Source of the DNA: Acidobacteriota bacterium
GTDB lineage: Bacteria; Acidobacteriota; UBA890; WLXD01
NCBI GenBank assembly: GCA_963666055.2
Contig: CAXWPH010000015.1
Span: 2,112,001-2,176,000, forward strand
Direction: 5' to 3'
Length of the DNA: 64,000 bases
Below are positions 1 through 8,141 of this stretch, piece after piece. How positions within the stretch are numbered: position 1 is the stretch's first letter; the number at the start of each line of letters is the position of its first letter. The translations under genes were made by a program, and so were the position numbers. The notes beneath the pieces were generated by a model. It was given only the letters and a program-made list of their open reading frames with translations, had not been told where the DNA came from and searched no databases.

Positions 1-880
1 TGACGGCCAAGTCGAGCTGCCGCCCTTCGAGCCGCGTTCGTTTTTCTACTTGGACCTGTCGCCGGATGGGCAGCACATCGCGCTCGACATCCTTGGAGAT
101 GATGGAAAGTGGGACATCTGGATCTACGAGGTCGAACGAGGAGGCAGCGGGGTGCTGCTGACCACGGAGGGCAACAACGACACCCCTGTTTGGTCGCCCG
201 ATGGAGAGTGGGTTTTCTTCGCGTCGGATCGGAATGGCAATTTCGACATCTGGAAGCGCCGGGCTGACTGGAGTCTCGCCGCCGAGCTGGTGTTGGATGC
301 AGAGGCTAACGTGTGGCCGGAGTCGATCTCGGACGACGGTGAGATGCTTCTGTTTGACAGCGGGCTCCTCGGGGAGCCCCTCGACGTGGGGGTCCTGGCT
401 CTCGATACAGGTGATGCGGAAATGCTCGTCGCTACCGCCGTCAATGAGCTATCGGGCAGTTTCTCGCCGGACGGTCGCTTCTTCGCCTTTGCTTCGAATG
501 AGACCGGGCAAATGGAGGTGTACGTGCGGGAGGTATCGAGCGGGCGGACATTTTCGGTCTCAACCAGTACCCGTGGTGGTGCTTCCCCTCGCTGGTCGCG
601 GGATGGAAGGGAGATTTACTACGTCTCCTCCAACAGCTCAGGCATCCTCGTTGCGGAAGTGGATTTGGAGTCGTTTTCCGCATCCGACCCTGTCGAAGTC
701 TCGGACATCGTCCTCCGTAGCGAGGGCAACTTCGATGTCACCGCCGATGGCCAGAAGTTCCTGGTGACGGTGCCCGCTGGTACTGATGAGACTGGGGGCA
801 CGGCACCCAACCCACGACTCAATGTCGTCCTCAACTGGTTCGAGGAATTGAACCGGCTAGTGCCGACGGGCGGCTCCTGA
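1..880 (+). CDS. TolB-like/PD40 beta-propeller C-terminal part of a Ser/Thr kinase-propeller protein (5' partial)
   Basis: Repeated WSPDG/FSPDG/WSRDG motifs; C-terminal 'LNVVLNWFEEL.RLVP' signature; frame open from the window edge. Confidence 0.85.
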   Translation, partial: DGQVELPPFEPRSFFYLDLSPDGQHIALDILGDDGKWDIWIYEVERGGSGVLLTTEGNNDTPVWSPDGEWVFFASDRNGNFDIWKRRADWSLAAELVLDAEANVWPESISDDGEMLLFDSGLLGEPLDVGVLALDTGDAEMLVATAVNELSGSFSPDGRFFAFASNETGQMEVYVREVSSGRTFSVSTSTRGGASPRWSRDGREIYYVSSNSSGILVAEVDLESFSASDPVEVSDIVLRSEGNFDVTADGQKFLVTVPAGTDETGGTAPNPRLNVVLNWFEELNRLVPTGGS

Positions 881-1630
881 TGGTCGGCAAGACGCTCGGC
901 CACTACGAGATCCTCGCCCCGCTTGGTGAAGGCGGGATGGGGCAGGTGTACCGAGCACGCGACACGACGCTGGATCGTGATGTCGCCATCAAGGTGCTGC
1001 CGGAGGACTTCGCCAGTGATGCCAACCGGCTGGCTCGCTTCGAGCGCGAGGCCAAGCTCCTCGCCTCGCTGAACCACCCCAACATCGCCACCATTCATGG
1101 GTTCGATGAATCGGACGGTGTGCGCTTCATCGCCATGGAGTTGGTCGAGGGGCAGAGCCTCGCCGAGCGTATTGAAGCCTCCGGTCGCATAGATGTCGAT
1201 GAAGCACTGGAGATCGCCCGCCGGATCGCACTGGCGTTGGAAGCTGCGCACGAGGCTGGTGTCATCCACCGCGATCTCAAGCCCGCCAACGTGCAGGTCG
1301 CACCCGATGGCACCGTGAAGGTGCTCGACTTCGGTCTGGCTAAAGCCTACGCAGCGGATGGCAGCGAACCGTCGTCCGACTTGAGCCATTCGCCCACGAT
1401 GATGGCCGCCACAGGCACGGGCGTGATCATGGGGACGGCTCCCTACATGTGCCCGGAACAGGCGCGGGGACAGCCAGTCGATAAACGTAGCGACATCTGG
1501 TCGTTCGGATGTGTGCTGTACGAGATGCTGGTGGGTAAGAGAGCGTTCGACGGTAAGACCGTCAGCGACACCATGGCGGCGATTCTCAAGGAGGAGCCGG
1601 ATTGGGCATCGCTTCCGGCGGCCACCCCGC
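880..1630 (+). pseudogene. Hanks-type Ser/Thr protein kinase, truncated late in the kinase domain and fused in-frame to unrelated repeat sequence (ORF runs to 2037)
   Basis: GEGGMGQVY, VAIK, HRDLKPAN, DFGLAK, GTAPYM.PEQ, DIWSFG motifs; similarity stops abruptly after WASLPAATP. Confidence 0.85.
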
Positions 1631-1636
1631 TCTCCT

Positions 1637-1713
1637 GCCCGTCTCACCAGTGCATGGACGAACGCGACCCCTACGTGCGCCTGCTACGCGAACTCACGCC
1701 TGATCCGGTAGAG
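1637..1713 (+). repeat. Backbone block A, copy 1 (encodes MDERDPYVRLLRELTPDPVE); copy 2 at ~3729-3805
   Basis: ccgtctcacca..catggacgaacg.gacccct...ctacgcga.ct.acgcctga.ccg.tagag occurs twice. Confidence 0.85.
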
Positions 1714-1810
1714 CGTGCGCTGGTGCAGATCGAAGCCGATACGGCGCTAGCGGAAGTGCGACTCGCGGCTCTCGCGTGTCGGCGTGGCGAGTGTGCGACG
1801 ATTAGGAGTT

Positions 1811-2134
1811 GTGGGGAGGTGGGAGCTTGTGAGAGATGCGAAGGCAGCGGCGATAATGCGGCTGGCTGCCGACCGAATCATCTACAACCAGAAGCAGCAC
1901 CAAGGCCGCGTTTACCGCTGGACGATCTGCGAGAATTGTGGCCGGCTCTGGCACACGCTCGACACCGTCCGCAACGTCATCAAGCGGAATGGCTGCTCAC
2001 GTTGTCTGTGCCCCGCCTTGCCCAGGCTGCCGCCTAAGAAGATTCGCCCTCGTACCCCCGGGATGCCGGCCGGCAGACAATCTGACGCCGGAGAGACGCT
2101 CCCTCCCGTGGACCCTCGCGTGCCCCAGCGATAG
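1811..2134 (+). CDS. Small CxxC-CxxC zinc-finger hypothetical protein, copy 1 (C-terminus probably read-through)
   Basis: AGGAG before GTG 1811; CENC...CSRC; paralog at 4586-4825. Confidence 0.6.
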   Translation: MGRWELVRDAKAAAIMRLAADRIIYNQKQHQGRVYRWTICENCGRLWHTLDTVRNVIKRNGCSRCLCPALPRLPPKKIRPRTPGMPAGRQSDAGETLPPVDPRVPQR

Positions 2135-2145
2135 GCTTCATGCGC

Positions 2146-2460
2146 TCACCCACCCGCCAGCGGTGTCCAGGCTCGGCAGATCCGTTGTCGGCTCTTACCG
2201 TATGAGTAGGCGGACAGGAAGAAGTCTGAGCTGTTCACGGCCTCATCTCTCATGCGACGGTACTCGGTGTCGTCGTTGGCTGCGTGCCGTCCAGCCAGTA
2301 GCCGCCATTTGAACAACTCGTCGGCCAGTCGATCTACCACGACGCCCAGGAGATACGTGGCGACGAGACCCGGCGCGATGAGCCACACCGGCGGGCTGAG
2401 CATCGGCAACATGGGCGGAAAGAGGGCTACGACGATGGCAACGACAAGCCCACCCGCTCC
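2146..2460 (-). pseudogene. Fragment of a membrane protein
   Basis: Hydrophobic helices plus YLLGVVVDRLAD and YGKSRQRICRAW motifs; no clear start; ends abruptly. Confidence 0.4.
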
Positions 2461-2496
2461 AGGCGAGTCAGCACGGCATTGGCGCTGAACGCTGCT

Positions 2497-2700
2497 CTAT
2501 GGATCGGCGCGCATGCGGCTCTGACGGCGCCGCCACCGACGTCGCGCCGTCGCTTGCTTCGCACGCCGGCGCTCGCCCGGCTTTACGAAGTGCTGGTGGC
2601 GCCTGGCATCGCGGAGAATGTTCTCTCGCTGCACGACACGACGAAACCGCCGCAGGGCGTGTTCGATCGATTCGCCGTCCTCGATGCGGACGAAAGCCAT
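2497..2700 (-). CDS. rpsU: 30S ribosomal protein bS21 homolog (67 aa)
   Basis: MAFVRIEDGESIEHALRRFRRVVQRENILRDARRHQHFVKPGERRRAKQATARRR matches the bS21 pattern (ES.E.ALRRF, F.KP..RRR.K..ARRR). Confidence 0.9.
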   Translation of the reverse strand: MAFVRIEDGESIEHALRRFRRVVQRENILRDARRHQHFVKPGERRRAKQATARRRWRRRQSRMRADP

Positions 2701-3006
2701 GGAATGGCTGCTCATGTTGTCTGTGCCCCGCCGCGCCTGCTCGACGACAAGCGGAGGGGGCAACGGAAACCAGCTCGGGGTGGGCTGCATCCTCGAGCAT
2801 GCGAGGCCCCTCAGCACGAGACGTGCCATCGACGCTGCTCTTCGCGGGCCCGGCAGCGAATCGGCTACTGCCCAGCCCAACAGCGGCGGTACTTGCTCCT
2901 CACGCTCGTCCCGCGCCGAGAGGCAACCACATCCTAGACCCCGGCACCCAACCGGGGTAGTGCCTAGCGAACTGCGCCCTTCTTCGTGCCAACCGTCGGC
3001 TCGAGC

Positions 3007-3105
3007 CAGACCAAGCTCGGGCACCGCACGCCGGCCTCGCTGCTGGCCTACCTGGGGATCACGCGAGAAGACGTGCGGAAGGCCAGCGAGCAGATCGAAC
3101 TCTGA
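3007..3105 (+). pseudogene. 3' remnant of a tyrosine recombinase (box II)
   Basis: Translates QTKLGHRTPASLLAYLGITREDVRKASEQIEL*, with LGH and the catalytic Tyr; not in the ORF track. Confidence 0.7.
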
Positions 3106-3632
3106 GCATCCTCGTCACGGCCCTCCCCGGGGCTCTTTGGATTTGCCCTACGTGTCGGGCTCGATGACGACACGCGCACCAGCAATTCCGGCCAAGGTGA
3201 TCAGGTGCTCCAGCGTGGGTGCCCGATTGCCTCTACACCACCCGTGCAGCGACGCCGTGGACCTGATGCCGTAGTGGCTCATGTCCTTCCTAAACGCCGT
3301 GTAGCTCCTCCCATTCTTCAATGCCATAGCCAGGTGCCGAGCGTCTTCTGCACTTTCAAGGACCAGCGGCTCAGTCAGCTTGCCTAGTCCGCCGGGGCGC
3401 GTCGTCTCGTGCATCGGTATGACGTTCCAGGGAGTAAGAAGGAACACCCACTGATTGTTACACGAGTAGCATTACACAGCTACCGCTAGCCCATGAGGAA
3501 GATTCGGTCGGGCCTGCGTTCAGCGAGCGGGAAACAGCGCCGTGCTGCGGGAGATCGGGGCGTGCCTGAGCAGAGAGATACTGGCGATCTTGTCGCAGGA
3601 ACTGCGGGATCAGGAGTGACGTGTGTGGGTGG
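3028..3632 (+). repeat. ~600-bp diverged direct repeat (block D), copy 1; copy 2 at ~7725-8330
   Basis: Long colinear match, e.g. ggaaggccagcgagcagatcgaactctgagcatcctcgtcacggccctccccggggctctttgg identical in both. Confidence 0.95.
3148..3447 (-). CDS. Small XRE/Cro-like HTH protein, copy 1 (alternative start ATG 3414)
   Basis: STASLHGWCRGNRAPTLEHLITLA resembles an XRE recognition helix; near-identical paralog at 7812-8141. Confidence 0.65.
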   Translation of the reverse strand: MFLLTPWNVIPMHETTRPGGLGKLTEPLVLESAEDARHLAMALKNGRSYTAFRKDMSHYGIRSTASLHGWCRGNRAPTLEHLITLAGIAGARVVIEPDT

Positions 3633-3647
3633 CTACCGAGACCTCTC

Positions 3648-3700
3648 CACCATCGGGTCCCATCTAATGCCCCCCCCCCCCCCCCCCCCCCCGGGGGTAT
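3648..3700 (+). repeat. caccatcgggtcccatct motif, C23 homopolymer and ccgggggt; second copy with short C-tract at 4898-4934
   Basis: 18-bp exact match at 3648-3665 and 4898-4915; C-run 3670-3692. Confidence 0.85.
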
Positions 3701-3809
3701 GGGTCGCCAGGGAATCGTCGCACTCGTGGCCGTCTCACCAAGGCATGGACGAACGGGACCCCTTCGACCGCCAGCTACGCGACCTTACGCCTGAGCCGAT
3801 AGAGGGGTC

Positions 3810-4402
3810 TTATCCGTCGCCCGTTCCCGGCCCGCTCGATTGCTCGGCTCCATTGCCAGTTTCCGCGCCCCCGCCATCGCTCGAGGCATCCGGCTCCGGC
3901 GGTGCTTCATCTTCGTCCTCCAACGGAATCGGAGCCTCGCTATCCGGGGGCTCGATGTCAGCGGAATCGGAACTCCCATCGGCACGTTGTCCTGTGCCCA
4001 TCCAGGCGTAGACAGCGCCCAGGATTGCGCCGTAGACCAGATGACCCATGAGGCTGGGCATCATGCTGCCGGCGGCCTCTAGGTTCCAGTTGACACCCAT
4101 GCCCATCCCCATGAACAAGGGCATGAGCGTGAGCGGGCCCAACAACCACCAGATCACGCCGTAGCCGAGCCCATACCCCAAGCCGCTTCCCATCCCGCTC
4201 ACCATCGAGCCCAAGACGATGCCAAACGCGGCTCCGATGATGGCACTGTTAACCATGTGGACGAGAAAGCCTGCGAAAGCCGATGGAGACTCAACCATGC
4301 TGCCGATCATTGGCAGCATCCCCATCATTCCCATCATGGCTCCGAACACCACGCCCCGGCCAGGCCGCCGTAGATGCCCTTCTTGATGTTGTCCGCGTTC
4401 AT
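3810..4402 (-). pseudogene. Met/Gly-rich multi-pass membrane protein (DUF1440/DUF6789-like) with acidic tail; 1-nt frameshift near 4356
   Basis: GGGAGG RBS and ATG 4402 give MNADNIKKGIYGGLAG, which joins VVFGAMMGMM if one G is added to a G-run; H-containing TM motifs (FLVHM, LMGHLVYG). Confidence 0.7.
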
Positions 4403-4479
4403 CCGAAGCACCTCCCTTGGATGGTTAATTAACAGCCGGCGGATTCCGTCGCCCGTGAGAGTGATCCAAAGACCCCCAC

Positions 4480-4512
4480 GCGAACTTATGAAGTTTGCCT
4501 GCCCTCTGTCAA
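4480..4512 (-). promoter_or_regulatory. Putative sigma70 -35 (TTGACA) with an overlapping palindromic operator upstream of the membrane-protein gene
   Basis: tgtcaa at 4507-4512; gcgaactt-atg-aagtttgc imperfect inverted repeat at 4480-4498. Confidence 0.45.
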
Positions 4513-4585
4513 CGGAACGGCTATCGCCAAGCGTATGCGGCGTCCTTCCCGACCAGCGTGGCGGGGTGTGCGACGATTAGGGGTT

Positions 4586-4825
4586 ATGGGTGAGCGGTGG
4601 CAGCTTACGAGGGATCCGAGGGCAGCGGCGATAATGCGCCTGGCTGACGACCGGATCGTCTACAAGCAGAACCAGCACCCAGCCCGCGACTACGTGTGGA
4701 CGATCTGCGACGCCTGTGGTCGGCTCTGGTACACGCTCGAGATCGTCCGCACCATCATCAAGCGCGATGGCTGCTCACGTTGTCTGTACCCTGGCGGTCG
4801 CAAGCGCGATCAGACTGCCGCCTAA
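4586..4825 (+). CDS. Small CxxC-CxxC zinc-finger hypothetical protein, copy 2 (79 aa)
   Basis: AGGGG before ATG; CDAC...CSRC; colinear with the 1811 copy. Confidence 0.65.
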   Translation: MGERWQLTRDPRAAAIMRLADDRIVYKQNQHPARDYVWTICDACGRLWYTLEIVRTIIKRDGCSRCLYPGGRKRDQTAA

Positions 4826-5311
4826 GATCCCGTAGGGCCTCGGTCCTCAGCACACCGCGTGCGTGCGAAACCCCTCAACGCGAGACGAGCGGTTCCTCAC
4901 CATCGGGTCCCATCTGTACTCCCCCACCGGGGGTGCGTCGCGTACGTTGCTTCGCGAAGCGACAGCAGGGGAGCGAGCCGATCTGCTGCTGCATTGACGC
5001 ATCTCGGCTCAGGTAGAAGTGAACAGAATATAGGGGTGCGGCGCAGGGGCTTGGGCAAGTCCGTGTCGGGGTCGCCCCCAACGACTTTAGCGTCAGATTT
5101 CGATCTTCTCGCTGGCCTTTCTCACGTCCTGGGTGCGTGGTATCTGCTGTAGACACGGATGGCGATTCCTTCACTTACGGCAGGGCCGAGCAGCTTGTCT
5201 TCATGTCGTGGCGACGATTCCTTCTACCTTCCGGTGGCGCTCATGCAGGCACACCGAAATGACCCCCACCACCTACCGAGCCCGATGAGAGGCGAGCCCT
5301 AGAAGGGCCCG

Positions 5312-5752
5312 CTACGTGAGTCGCTCGGGGTCAGGAGACAGGCTCATGGGCCGCGCCTCCACGACCATGAGTAGGGTCTCAAACTCTACAGCCACGACGA
5401 AGCTGCGTGCTCCTTCTCCGGTCCGCAACACCCTTCCCTTCAGCGTCTGTCGCGGGATCTCCAGCGTCCGGAGGGTGTACCCGCACTGCGGGCACTTGCT
5501 GTCGGGGTCCAGAGGAAGAGGATGTCTCTCTTCGAGGATCTGCACGACACAACGAGTCCCTTCGGCCAGCCTCTCGTTGATCTGCGCCAGCATGCCACCA
5601 CGGCTCACGTTGACCATGTGACCGTGCAGCGGTGCCCGACGGTTCATCCTGAGCTCGATCGGGATGGAGACGTCGGCTCGCGGATGCTCGCGACGAGTAG
5701 AATTACTCCAACCGCTAATGTGCATGGGCGTGCCCGTTCCTTTTCCCACCAT
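5312..5752 (-). CDS. PilZ domain protein with a CPQCG insertion
   Basis: RREHPR (RxxxR) and NVSRGG (D/NxSxxG) c-di-GMP-binding motifs; C-terminal VAVEF. Confidence 0.8.
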   Translation of the reverse strand: MVGKGTGTPMHISGWSNSTRREHPRADVSIPIELRMNRRAPLHGHMVNVSRGGMLAQINERLAEGTRCVVQILEERHPLPLDPDSKCPQCGYTLRTLEIPRQTLKGRVLRTGEGARSFVVAVEFETLLMVVEARPMSLSPDPERLT

Positions 5753-6264
5753 GCTTCGCTGGTACTAATTGCTCAAGCGCGGGCTCAATGAGACTCAGCT
5801 TCTATGCTGTGAAACGTATCGAACACGTTGGATCAGTTCAACACATTGTTCATATGCCCAGCTAATCTGGATTGTTCAACATTAATCAATAGTAACTTCC
5901 AAGGGACGAATAGGGTCACGAAGGCCGTGCCCTTTCCCTCGGGCAGGCCCAAGGCGCATCAGATCGCCGGCCTACCCCCAAGGAGACGGCATGCCAGCCT
6001 CTCCGAGGCCATCATCCTGAGCGGCCGCACGCGGTTCTCGTAATCTCCTTGAGCTCCTCGATCTCGGGTGGCCCGGCTGCTCTCCCGTGGTGAGAGCCGA
6101 TCTATTCCGCTAGGCTGAGCAGCCTTGCGGAGCACCGCCGACGGTAGGCCGGATCAGTGATGACCGCAGACCCCTTCCCGGACCTGCGAGCGAAAGGGAG
6201 CAAGAACGAAACATGACTGCGGTCGCTTCGTAGTTGGCGACCGAAGGACTAGCGGGAGGTAGCA

Positions 6265-6498
6265 ATGGCACTCATTCAGTGTTGGGGTTGCGGGCATCAA
6301 GTGTCGGATAAGGAGAAGAGGTGCGCCGGTTGTGGGACCCCGATCGCCAAAGAGGAACCCATCGCGGCGCCCGTTGAGACCACCGCTGGGCCGCGCGACA
6401 CGGACAATGCGTCCGAGCAAAAAACCCCGCACGCTCTTTCCGCGAGACTCGCCAAGCGTCTAGCAGGGCTCCGCGCCAAGGCCCGCAAGAGCGAATGA
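6265..6498 (+). CDS. Zinc-ribbon domain protein (possibly internally deleted)
   Basis: GGGAGG RBS; MALIQCWGCG..VSD....CAGCGTPI. Confidence 0.75.
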   Translation: MALIQCWGCGHQVSDKEKRCAGCGTPIAKEEPIAAPVETTAGPRDTDNASEQKTPHALSARLAKRLAGLRAKARKSE

Positions 6499-6540
6499 CC
6501 CCGACCACCCACCGAGTCCCCGAGTGAGAGGCCGCCGCGC

Positions 6541-6870
6541 ATGAGCAAGCCGAGCTTCGTCGCTGGCGGGCACTACTCGGCCTACGTGGAGGTTCGTCAC
6601 CTCAAGCGGATGAACGACCTCGATGGCGCCAAGGAGCTTCTCCTGCGCCTGGTGGACGCCACAGAGGCCGAGGCCGCCGCCGAGGGCGAAGGCTGCGGGG
6701 TTGATCCGTGGTACTACGAGCAGCTTGCAATGATCTACCGGAAGAAGAAGCAGCCAGCCGATGAGCTCGCGATCCTCGAGCGGCACGAACGACAACCGAA
6801 GGCCCCTGGGACGGTTTCAGAGAGGCTGGCCAAGCGCCTGGCCGGCCTGCGACCCAAGGCGGACGAGTGA
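6541..6870 (+). CDS. Helical TPR-like hypothetical protein
   Basis: PWYYEQLAMIYRK...ELAILER helical-repeat pattern; GAGG upstream. Confidence 0.6.
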   Translation: MSKPSFVAGGHYSAYVEVRHLKRMNDLDGAKELLLRLVDATEAEAAAEGEGCGVDPWYYEQLAMIYRKKKQPADELAILERHERQPKAPGTVSERLAKRLAGLRPKADE

Positions 6871-6944
6871 GAGGCCGTTCCGCCGCCACCCCGCGCCCTG
6901 TCGCCTACCCCCGCTGCCAGTTCGGCTCCTACCTCGGCGAGATC

Positions 6945-7057
6945 AGCGTTTCGTGATGTTCCCAGGCAGCAACGAGAGCCAGACCGGCAGCGGCCATGTG
7001 ACGCTGATCACCAACTGGTTCGACGAGCTGAAGCGGCTAGTGCCGACGGACCCGTAG
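6945..7057 (+). pseudogene. C-terminal remnant of a kinase-TolB propeller gene
   Basis: QRFVMF...VTLITNWFDELKRLVPTDP* is homologous to the C-terminus at 820-880. Confidence 0.7.
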
Positions 7058-7422
7058 CGCCCTCAGCCGAGTCTCGCGAGCCACCCAGCGACCTCCGATT
7101 CCGCTCGTCCCCAATGCCCGAGCAGACACCAGTCATATGTCTTCTTAAGAGGCCGGAGAAGGCCCGCTAAGGGCCGCCGGCAGCCTCTACGTGTTCGGCC
7201 ACGAAATGTGCGCCGTGGGCGTTAGAAGGGCGCTGAGGGGGGCTGGGTCGTCCTTACTTCCAGGCTCCCTCGAACGGCGGCTGGGGAAACATGAGGTGCG
7301 CTGCCCTCCGGCGTTTGTTCGTCGAAAACTCGTTGTTTCCTCAGAACTTCTTCAGGACTCCTGGCCCTAGAGTTGGCACCCTCTGGGGGTTCTTTGGACG
7401 AGTCTGCAAAGGAGGTCAGAGG

Positions 7423-7654
7423 TATGCAGAAGCGAGTGGCAACACTAGTCGCCGTGCTGATGCTCTTGGCGTTGGTGACGCTGATCGTGCCGACCACAGC
7501 AACAGCAGGACCGCCCCAAGTGATCATCGTGCAGCCGGGCGAGCCGATGCCGGAAATCTTGTTTACCGGCGGCGATGGTCAATCACCTCCGCCAATCATC
7601 CAAATCGTAGATGAAGACGGCAACATAGTCAGGCTCATCCAAATACGACCTTAG
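7423..7654 (+). CDS. Small secreted protein (76 aa)
   Basis: GGAGG/GAGG RBS; signal peptide MQKR-hydrophobic-ATA; Pro/Ile-rich mature part. Confidence 0.65.
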
Positions 7655-7724
7655 CTACGGAACCCTGAGCCTGGTGCCGGGAGGGAAGCTGTCTCCCCAC
7701 TGGCAGGAGCGATATCGCGATGAC

Positions 7725-7802
7725 ACGCCTGCGTCGCTACTCGCCTATCTGGGGATCACCCGAGAGGACGTTAGGAAGGCCAGCGAGCAGATCGAACTCT
7801 GA
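7725..7802 (+). pseudogene. 3' remnant of tyrosine recombinase, copy 2
   Basis: TPASLLAYLGITREDVRKASEQIEL* is the same peptide as the 3007 copy, with synonymous changes. Confidence 0.7.
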
Positions 7803-7811
7803 GCATCCTCG

Positions 7812-8141
7812 TCACGGCCCTCCCCGGGGCTCTTTGGCGTGCGCGCCGTCGGGCTCGATGACGACACGCGCTCCCGCAATTCCGGCCAACGTGATCAGGT
7901 GCTCCAGCGTGGGCACTCGGTTACCTCTACACCACCCGTGCAGGCTGGCTGTCGACCTGATGCCGTGCGCAGCCATGTCCTTCCTGAACGCCGTGTAGCT
8001 CCTGCCATTCTTCAGCGCCATAGCCAGGTGCCGAGCGTCTTCTGCACTTTCGAGGAGCAGCGGCTCAGTCAGCTTGCCTAGTCCATCGGAGTGCTTCGTC
8101 TCGTGCATCGGTATGACGTTCCAGGGAGTAAGAAGGAACAC
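7812..8141 (-). CDS. Small XRE/Cro-like HTH protein, copy 2
   Basis: Paralog of 3148-3447. Confidence 0.65.
   Translation of the reverse strand: MFLLTPWNVIPMHETKHSDGLGKLTEPLLLESAEDARHLAMALKNGRSYTAFRKDMAAHGIRSTASLHGWCRGNRVPTLEHLITLAGIAGARVVIEPDGAHAKEPRGGP

Noticed and set aside
619-1647. Long antisense or alternate-frame ORFs here and elsewhere (e.g. 38284-39201, 57400-58821, 59225-60328)
   Set aside because: Shadow ORFs typical of high-GC DNA overlapping well-supported genes
6150-6245. Hammerhead-like RNA (tgatga...gaaa with flanking stems)
   Set aside because: Core reads GUGAUGA rather than CUGAUGA, and stems I and III cannot be formed convincingly
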